Assembly: GCA_965279515.1 (NCBI GenBank)
Contig: CBDIID010000003.1
Span: 4,096,001-4,160,000 of the forward strand
Direction of reading: 5' to 3'
Origin: Turneriella sp.
Lineage (GTDB): Bacteria; Spirochaetota; Leptospiria; Turneriellales; Turneriellaceae
Length of the DNA: 64,000 bases
The notes below the pieces were generated by a model. It was not told the origin of the DNA, ran no database searches, and saw only the letters and a program-made list of their open reading frames with translations. Shown here piece by piece: positions 57,674 to 64,000 of this stretch (positions are counted from its first letter, which is position 1; each line of letters opens with the position of its first letter). The position numbers and the translations under genes are program-made.

Positions 57674-58771
57674 ATGGAATTTGTCTATTTTGCCGCGATC
57701 TTGCAGATGCTCTTTCTGCTGGTGTTGCTCTGGCGCCGGCGGCGCCAGCCGGGAATGGCGTACTTTCTCGCGCTGGTCGCTGTCTGTAGTTTTGGGATTT
57801 TTATCGGATATCTCTATGCGACGCGCCGCATTCTCGGCATGCCGAATCTTGCGCGCCTGGGCTTTCCCATGGCCGCGCTCATGGGGCCGCTCCTCTATCT
57901 CGCCTTCCGCAATTTCTGGCACGCAGAACACAGGGTGAGGTGGAGCGACCTCGTGTTCTTTGCGGTACCTTTGGGTGAGCTGATTTACCTCATGCCGTTT
58001 TTCCTGTCTTCGACCGAGGTGAAGGTACGCTACCTGCTCGAAGATTTGCGGCAGATCCATACGGATTGCCTCGTGATTCTCTATATCACGCTCGTGCAGA
58101 ATTTTTGCCTCGTTGGTTTTGCGTGGTTCTCTTTCCTGCGCAAGTCGCAGCCGACCTCTGTTTATTCTGCCCCCGCCGAGGCAAAGCGCCTGCGCCATAT
58201 TTTGCAGGCGACGACATTTTCCCTGGCGCTGGCATTCTCGCTATTCTTCGCGGCTTCGCTCGCAGACCAGAACCTGTTAAATTCCAATATTTTCGGAGCT
58301 TTAATCTCGGTACTGGTTTTGGTGATGGGCTACCTTATCCTTTGGGGCATTATCGATCCGGCACTGATTGTGGGCATGGCCGAACCGGCACCGAAATATT
58401 CAAAGTCGGCGCTGCCGGATGCCCAGCTTGCCGGTATCGGTAAACGCATCGATGCGGCTTTCGTCACGGAAAAATGCCACCGCGACAACGAGCTGACGCT
58501 CGCAAAACTTGCGAGCCTCGTGGGAGAAGGCGTCGCAGTGGTTTCCCAGGTCGTGGCCCGCCACCATGGCAAAACCTTCTATGAATTGTTATCGGAGCAC
58601 AGGCTCCTGGAATTTACGGCCTTAGCGCAGGAAGAAAAGGAAGCTTCGGTTTTGGAACTTGCCTACCGCGCGGGCTTTAATTCAAAAGCGACCTTCAACG
58701 CGGCTTTCCGTCGCAAGTATCAGCAAACCCCGCAGGAATGGCGGCGCCGGCAGGCGATTAAGGATTTGTAA
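57674..58771 (+). CDS. Membrane-anchored AraC-family regulator
   Basis: Multi-TM N-terminus; KYSKS, LTLAKLA, AYRAGFNSKATFN..F...TP. Confidence 0.88.
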   Translation: MEFVYFAAILQMLFLLVLLWRRRRQPGMAYFLALVAVCSFGIFIGYLYATRRILGMPNLARLGFPMAALMGPLLYLAFRNFWHAEHRVRWSDLVFFAVPLGELIYLMPFFLSSTEVKVRYLLEDLRQIHTDCLVILYITLVQNFCLVGFAWFSFLRKSQPTSVYSAPAEAKRLRHILQATTFSLALAFSLFFAASLADQNLLNSNIFGALISVLVLVMGYLILWGIIDPALIVGMAEPAPKYSKSALPDAQLAGIGKRIDAAFVTEKCHRDNELTLAKLASLVGEGVAVVSQVVARHHGKTFYELLSEHRLLEFTALAQEEKEASVLELAYRAGFNSKATFNAAFRRKYQQTPQEWRRRQAIKDL

Positions 58772-59720
58772 TCAGCACTTTACCCGCGTGGCCGCCGTCT
58801 TTCAGCGATTGGTAAGCTGCCCGCGTCTGGGAAAGGGGAAATTTTGCCGCGATCACGGCTTTGAGTTTTCCTTCGACGAGTAGTTTTTCCACAAGTTCAA
58901 ATCCCGATTTGCGCGTGCTGAGGTTCGCCATGAGCACGCGGGGGCCGGAAAACAAAAAAGGAATGATGGCGCGCACGATGTTGAGGCCGCGGGGCGTTGT
59001 CGTCACATACTTGCCGCCTTTGAGCAGCAGCCGGGAAGCCGTTGGCAGCGGTGTTGAGCCGAAGGCGTCGTAGAACAGATCGAATTTTTCTCCGTAGGTC
59101 TCCAGGCTCGTCTCTTTATAATCGAGTGCGACATCGGCGCCGAGCTGTTTGACGAAGGCGATATTCTTCTTGCTGCAGACTGTCGTGACATGCGCGCCGA
59201 AATATTTGGCGAGCTGCAGGGCAAAGTGTCCAACGCCGCCCGAGGCGCCCGCAAGCAGAATGCGTTTGCCACGAACGGCGCGACCGCCGTCACCATAGAG
59301 ATAGAGACCGTTTAATGCCGTGAGCGCTCCGACGGGGATTGCCCCCATCGTTTCAAAACTTTGCCCCTCGGGAATGTGGCGGACAACCTTCGTATAGGTA
59401 ACTGTTTTCTCGGCATGCGATCCGGGGCCGCCCAGAAACGAGGTACTGATGCCATAAACCTTATCTCCCTTTTTGAAGCGCGTCACATTGGGGCCTGTCT
59501 CGACGACGACACCGGCGAAATCGCTGCCGGGTATGCGTGGGTATTTCCGGCCGCCGAAAAGTTTCAAACCCTCGCCTTCGAGGATCTTATAATCGACGGG
59601 GTTGACGGAAGCCGCTTTCACTTCGACGACGACTTGCCAACGGCCAGCTGTTGGCTTGGGCTGTTCGCCAAATTGGATAACATCGGGCGTTCCCAATTTT
59701 TCGAAGTAGGCGGCTTGCAT
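58758..59720 (-). CDS. NAD(P)-dependent MDR oxidoreductase
   Basis: SVNPVD, GSDFAG, GASGGVG, GKVLI. Confidence 0.88.
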   Translation of the reverse strand: MQAAYFEKLGTPDVIQFGEQPKPTAGRWQVVVEVKAASVNPVDYKILEGEGLKLFGGRKYPRIPGSDFAGVVVETGPNVTRFKKGDKVYGISTSFLGGPGSHAEKTVTYTKVVRHIPEGQSFETMGAIPVGALTALNGLYLYGDGGRAVRGKRILLAGASGGVGHFALQLAKYFGAHVTTVCSKKNIAFVKQLGADVALDYKETSLETYGEKFDLFYDAFGSTPLPTASRLLLKGGKYVTTTPRGLNIVRAIIPFLFSGPRVLMANLSTRKSGFELVEKLLVEGKLKAVIAAKFPLSQTRAAYQSLKDGGHAGKVLITNP

Positions 59721-59775
59721 GGGTTAGTCTATGCGCGAGTTCTGCCCGGTCAAAGCATCTTTAGCGGCGAGCGGT

Positions 59776-60618
59776 TTATTTTCGCAGGGGTATATAGATG
59801 TCGGTCAGCTTCTCACCGTCAGCGAGCGGATTCAGGTAAACTTCAAACGGCGGCAGATTACGTATTTTTAATCTGCGCCCGTCGGCATACGCGCCCAAAA
59901 GAAAGTCATACGCCGCGGGCAGATCTGTATAGGGGCCACGGTGGCGGGCGCGTAGAAAAAGACCGCCGCGTATCACGCGCACCCCGAATTTTTCCGGCGG
60001 CCGAAAGCGGTCGGGTAGGGTGAGGCCAAGGTCGAAGCGGATTTTCTCCGGCGGAGTAATTTCGGGATCGTCGTTGGATATCCCAACCCACTTACTCCGC
60101 TGCAGCGCCGGTGAGAGGGCAAGAGCTACGAGCGCCGCAACCTCGCGGGAATCGGGCAGCGGGCCGGGGAAATCTGTATAGCTGCCGAGACGGCGCAGGT
60201 AGGCGATGCGAAAGGAATCGACCCTCAGTATAACCGGCGCTGCGCCGGACAGGGCTGTGTGCGTCACGGTGAGCCTCGACGTCTTACGGGCGAATTTTTC
60301 CCGGTAGGCCCTGGGGCTGAGATGGAAGATCTTTTTAAATGCCCGCGTAAAAGCTTCGTTTGATGCGAAGCCGGCAGCGAAGGCGATCTCTAAGACCGGG
60401 GTGGCCGCTGTTTTGAGTTCGTATGCCGCACGTTCGGCGATCAGGCGGTTGAGGTACTGTTTCACAGACTCACCCGTCACCCGTTGAAACAGCCGGTGAA
60501 AGTGGTAGTACGAAAAGCCCGAGAGGAAAGCGAGCTGCGCGGGTTTCAGCTGCTTGGCGAACGCGGCTTCGATTTCATCGTAGACCCGGTAAATCCATTC
60601 ACCCTTGTCGTTTTTCAT
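59776..60618 (-). CDS. AraC-family regulator with GyrI-like effector domain
   Basis: S.YHFHRLF, GF.S.EAF.RAFK; DDPEITPPEK.RFD, H.GPY, FEVYLN. Confidence 0.9.
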   Translation of the reverse strand: MKNDKGEWIYRVYDEIEAAFAKQLKPAQLAFLSGFSYYHFHRLFQRVTGESVKQYLNRLIAERAAYELKTAATPVLEIAFAAGFASNEAFTRAFKKIFHLSPRAYREKFARKTSRLTVTHTALSGAAPVILRVDSFRIAYLRRLGSYTDFPGPLPDSREVAALVALALSPALQRSKWVGISNDDPEITPPEKIRFDLGLTLPDRFRPPEKFGVRVIRGGLFLRARHRGPYTDLPAAYDFLLGAYADGRRLKIRNLPPFEVYLNPLADGEKLTDIYIPLRK

Positions 60619-60672
60619 CGCCGCGTCCCGGGGCTTGAAAACGCCGCCGGAACGCGCGGTAAATCATTCGTG

Positions 60673-61050
60673 TCAGGCGTCGCGTTCGGCAACGACGTCG
60701 ACCGCAATGCCGTTAGGGTCCAGCACCGTGAAATGGCTATCACCCCATTCTTCGCGGGTAAGTTCGAGGGCAAAGGGAATGTTCATGGCTTGCACGCGCT
60801 TGTATTCCGCGTCGATATCGCCACTCTCCAGAATCAGCCAGGTTCCCCCGCTATACGGTCTTTGAAAACCTTGAAGGCGCAGATGTTTTTGGTGCGGCAG
60901 CATCAGCGCCAGTTCATTTTCGGGACGGCCGGGGGCGCTCAGTAACACGAACCAGTCGCTCTCGAATTTGCGTTCAAAGCCGAACACGTTTTGGTAAAAA
61001 TCACGGGATTCGGCGAGCTTTTCGGTAATAATTCCTGTCTGCAATTTCAT
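60673..61050 (-). CDS. VOC/glyoxalase-bleomycin resistance family protein
   Basis: SRDFY, EEWG..HF...DPNG. Confidence 0.85.
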   Translation of the reverse strand: MKLQTGIITEKLAESRDFYQNVFGFERKFESDWFVLLSAPGRPENELALMLPHQKHLRLQGFQRPYSGGTWLILESGDIDAEYKRVQAMNIPFALELTREEWGDSHFTVLDPNGIAVDVVAERDA

Positions 61051-61114
61051 GCAACTAAGGTATTGCAGCCAGGCTGATTGACTTGATCGTTTTTGCTTTC
61101 CCGGTTTTTTTAGC

Positions 61115-61774
61115 TCAAACCACCTGACGCATTTTACCGACCGGGTGGCGCAGCACGGTCTTCATTTTTTCGGGCTTGGTTTTCCGCGGGTCGCTGAGAT
61201 AGATTTCATGGTGCTTTCCGCCCTTCGGGCCTACGTTATCTTCCAACCCGTTTTGTTTCATGTATTCGCGCATGCGTTCGAGGGTCAGAGGCTCGGTTGC
61301 ATACGGCCCGACATGCATGGTCTGGACACAGGGACCTTCGTTGAACAAGGCCAGGCGGACCTTGCCGATGAGGGGATTCTCTGCCTTTTTCTCTGCGGCG
61401 CGATTTTGCGCTTCTTTGAAGTCGGCTTTGGTGACGACATCGGGTGTCAGAATCATCAGCGTATAAAACCAGTTATCTTTCACGGTGATATCAAAAAAAC
61501 CGTCTTCGACCCACCACAATCCCTCGAGCGGCATTACGGGGTAATCTATGGGATTCTTCGCCCGCTTTTTGTACGTAAATTTAAGCGTATAGGCGATGCT
61601 ATAGAGCGCCTCGGTGGCCTGGGCAAAACCGGGTGATTTTCCCGGCTCAGAACCTTTTTCAATAGTGCCGTCGATCATCGCGAAGCTGAGTTTAGGGATT
61701 TTTACGGTTTCGATCTTTCTCGCCGAAGGCTGATACAGGTGTTTGTACTGCTTTTTCAGATCGAGGGTCTTCAT
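61115..61774 (-). CDS. GyrI-like domain protein
   Basis: PLEGLWW, VQTMHVGPY..E, HHEIYLSDPR, KTVLR.P. Confidence 0.85.
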   Translation of the reverse strand: MKTLDLKKQYKHLYQPSARKIETVKIPKLSFAMIDGTIEKGSEPGKSPGFAQATEALYSIAYTLKFTYKKRAKNPIDYPVMPLEGLWWVEDGFFDITVKDNWFYTLMILTPDVVTKADFKEAQNRAAEKKAENPLIGKVRLALFNEGPCVQTMHVGPYATEPLTLERMREYMKQNGLEDNVGPKGGKHHEIYLSDPRKTKPEKMKTVLRHPVGKMRQVV

Positions 61775-61853
61775 GGCCGCGGTTTCGGAAACCCCGGTAT
61801 GCGCGTAAATGGTTTTCCTTTACGCCCTCTCTCTTTTCTTGTTTTCGCAAGTC

Positions 61854-63914
61854 ATGCCGATGCGCGGTACTCTCACTTTTCCCGGCGATAAATCGCTCTC
61901 GCACCGCGCCGCGATTTTAGCCACCTTAGCCCAAGGCACCTCAACGATCACGAATTTTCTCGATGCTGGCGACACCTTAAATACGCTGAAGGCCATGCAG
62001 GCGCTCGGCGCACGTGTCACAGATTTAGGTAACCGCAGCTTCCGCGTCGAATCCGATGGTCTTCACAGTCTGAAATCCCCAGCAGGAGTGATCGACTGCG
62101 GCAATTCAGGCACCGGGTCACGCCTCATTATGGGCCTCATTGCTGGTCTCGAAGGCGTGACCGCGGTCATCGATGGCGATGCGAGTCTGCGCAAGCGCCC
62201 CATGCGCCGTGTCACCGGGCCGCTTGAAAAGGTCGGTGCGAAGTTCGAGTGGCTGGGCGAAAAAGACTGCCTGCCCGTGCGCGTCACGGGAACAAAACTG
62301 CCGCCGATTGAATTTACGGAAACATTGGGTTCTGCGCAGGTGAAATCCGCCGTCATTCTCGCCGCGCTGGCGTCTCAGACATCGCTCACGCTCTACGAGC
62401 CGATACCCTCGCGCGACCACAGTGAAAACATGCTGCGTTTTGCGGGCGTCGATTTGCAGATCGCCCCACCCGGGGGAGGGGGGAAAAAAATTTCGCTCGC
62501 GCCCGGCGCCCTCGTCGAAGCGCGCGACTACAAGATCTGGGGCGATGTCTCTTCTGCCGCGTTCTTTGCCGTCGGCGCGAGCCTTTTGCCTAAAAGCGAG
62601 CTTTTGCTGCGCGGCATTCTGTTAAACCCCTACCGTGACCGCTATCTGGAAGTGTTGCAGAATATGGGCGGCGACATCGAGATTTTGCCGCAGCGCGATG
62701 AATGCGGTGAAAGGGGCGGCGACGTGCTCGTGCGCACAGGCCATCTGCGCGGCATCAAAATTCCCGCGGAGAGTATTCCCTCTGTGATCGACGAACTTCC
62801 GGTGCTGACGATCGCCGGGGCATTCGCCAATGGCAGGTTTTCATACCGCGACGCGAAAGAGCTGCGTGTGAAAGAATCGGACCGCATCGCGATCATGGTG
62901 CAGAATCTCGCGGCATGTGGCGTAAACGTACAGGAGTTCGACGACGGCATGGCGGTCGAGGGTGATCCCGGCCGCGCACTTTCAGGCAAAGTCGAACCGC
63001 ATATGGATCACCGCATCGTCATGTCGTTTGAGATCGCCGACCGCGTCTCACGGCACCTGCGCCACCCCAACGAGAGTGAGGCGGCGGCAGCACCCTGTAT
63101 TCACATCAGCGGCCGCGAATGGGTGGAGACGAGTTTTCCGTCGTTTTATGAGAAACTGAATGCCGTGACGGCGGGCGGGGTAGAGGCGCAAAATCCTGCG
63201 TCTCTACAAAATCACCCCCAGGTTATTACCATCGACGGCCCGGCCGGGTCGGGTAAATCCACCGTTGCGTATATGCTGGCAAAATCTCTCGGGCATAGCC
63301 AGATCGATTCGGGTGCGCTTTACCGCGCCTTCACCTATGCGGGTTACCAGGAGTTCGAGCGCTTGAAGATCGGGGGTCTGTGGCCGAAGGCCGTTGCCGA
63401 AGATGAGCGTATTATTTCCTATCTTGAAGCTATCCCTCTGGAACTCAGATTCTCAGGGGATGGCAAACAGCATGTGATCGTTGAGGGGAAAGAGCTCACG
63501 CATGAGCTCAGGTCGCCTGAAATTGCCGGGCGGATTAAGCCGGTCGCGGATGCCCGTTATATAAGGGAGAGAGTGCGCGAGGTGCTCGTGGCGGCAGCGG
63601 CGAAATATTCGCTGGTGGCCGATGGCCGTGACATGGGGACTGAGGTGTTTACTGAGGCCCGGTTCAAATTCTTTCTCACCGCGCAGAGCCGCACCCGCGC
63701 CGAACGCCGGCTGGCTGAGTTTCGGGAGAAATCCCCCTCGATTACATTGGAAGAGGTGGAGCGGCAGATTATCGAGCGCGACCGCGACGATGCGACACGC
63801 GAATTTGGCGGCCTGCGCCCGGCTGATACGGCCATTTTCATTGACACCTCGTCTCACACTCAAGAGCAAGTGGCAGATATAATGCTCGCGTACATCCGGT
63901 GCGCGGCAGTTTAG
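61854..63914 (+). CDS. aroA: EPSP synthase fused to cytidylate kinase (AroA-Cmk)
   Basis: PGDKSLSHR, GNSGT, SAQVKS, RDHSE, RVKESDR, DHRI; then IDGPAGSGKST, DSGALYR, DGRDMGT, RDRDD in one frame. Confidence 0.92.
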   Translation: MPMRGTLTFPGDKSLSHRAAILATLAQGTSTITNFLDAGDTLNTLKAMQALGARVTDLGNRSFRVESDGLHSLKSPAGVIDCGNSGTGSRLIMGLIAGLEGVTAVIDGDASLRKRPMRRVTGPLEKVGAKFEWLGEKDCLPVRVTGTKLPPIEFTETLGSAQVKSAVILAALASQTSLTLYEPIPSRDHSENMLRFAGVDLQIAPPGGGGKKISLAPGALVEARDYKIWGDVSSAAFFAVGASLLPKSELLLRGILLNPYRDRYLEVLQNMGGDIEILPQRDECGERGGDVLVRTGHLRGIKIPAESIPSVIDELPVLTIAGAFANGRFSYRDAKELRVKESDRIAIMVQNLAACGVNVQEFDDGMAVEGDPGRALSGKVEPHMDHRIVMSFEIADRVSRHLRHPNESEAAAAPCIHISGREWVETSFPSFYEKLNAVTAGGVEAQNPASLQNHPQVITIDGPAGSGKSTVAYMLAKSLGHSQIDSGALYRAFTYAGYQEFERLKIGGLWPKAVAEDERIISYLEAIPLELRFSGDGKQHVIVEGKELTHELRSPEIAGRIKPVADARYIRERVREVLVAAAAKYSLVADGRDMGTEVFTEARFKFFLTAQSRTRAERRLAEFREKSPSITLEEVERQIIERDRDDATREFGGLRPADTAIFIDTSSHTQEQVADIMLAYIRCAAV

Positions 63915-63922
63915 GGGTTTCC

Positions 63923-64000
63923 ATGGCAACGCGCAAAGTTCTCTTTCAAGACAGTAACGTCTCAATGGCAGACGTTTTTAAGACTGATACTGAAGTTGCC
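63923..64000 (+). CDS. Start of a downstream gene (possibly ribosomal protein S1, by synteny only)
   Basis: Open frame MATRKVLFQDSNVSMADVFKTDTEVA, 8 nt after the cmk stop; cmk is commonly followed by rpsA. Confidence 0.4.
   Translation, partial: MATRKVLFQDSNVSMADVFKTDTEVA

Noticed and set aside
62463..62485. C/G run in aroA as a third palindromic insertion
   Set aside because: Too short and lacks the arm structure of the other two elements

Overview
Bacterial chromosomal window. Gene content, spirochete-type lipoboxes and divergent housekeeping alleles suggest a Leptospiraceae/Turneriella-like spirochete (inference). Layout: (1) 1-9.6 kb: minus-strand envelope and housekeeping genes (ABC ATPase, TonB, SufS, cytochrome c/FG-GAP lipoprotein, SDR, hydrolase, bactofilin, HtrA, a ParB-like/MscS fusion). 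(2) ~9.7-30.6 kb: a visibly AT-richer block of almost only signalling genes. It holds an HD-GYP regulator, two REC-adenylate cyclase paralogues with complementary degeneration, Hpt, a 7TM-DISM/PAS kinase, a CheR-less chemosensory cluster, a TAG-interrupted BLUF gene, and a module of small STAS/SEC14-like protein + soluble kinase + alpha-oxoamine-synthase/GNAT fusion + receiver, a candidate autoinducer system. (3) 30.6-41.6 kb: ECF sigma/Spy operon, OmpA, a GGA-hairpin array resembling a CsrA-sponge RNA, and glmU(N-half)-prs-rplY-pth-tilS. (4) 41.6-64 kb: a PlsA/PlsR/Ger-like (ether-lipid type) three-gene cluster, an MNT-HEPN toxin-antitoxin pair, a MarR regulon, transport and detoxification genes, and an aroA-cmk fusion. 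No rRNA, tRNA, CRISPR array, integrase or transposase was recognised. All calls come from motif reading; no searches were run.
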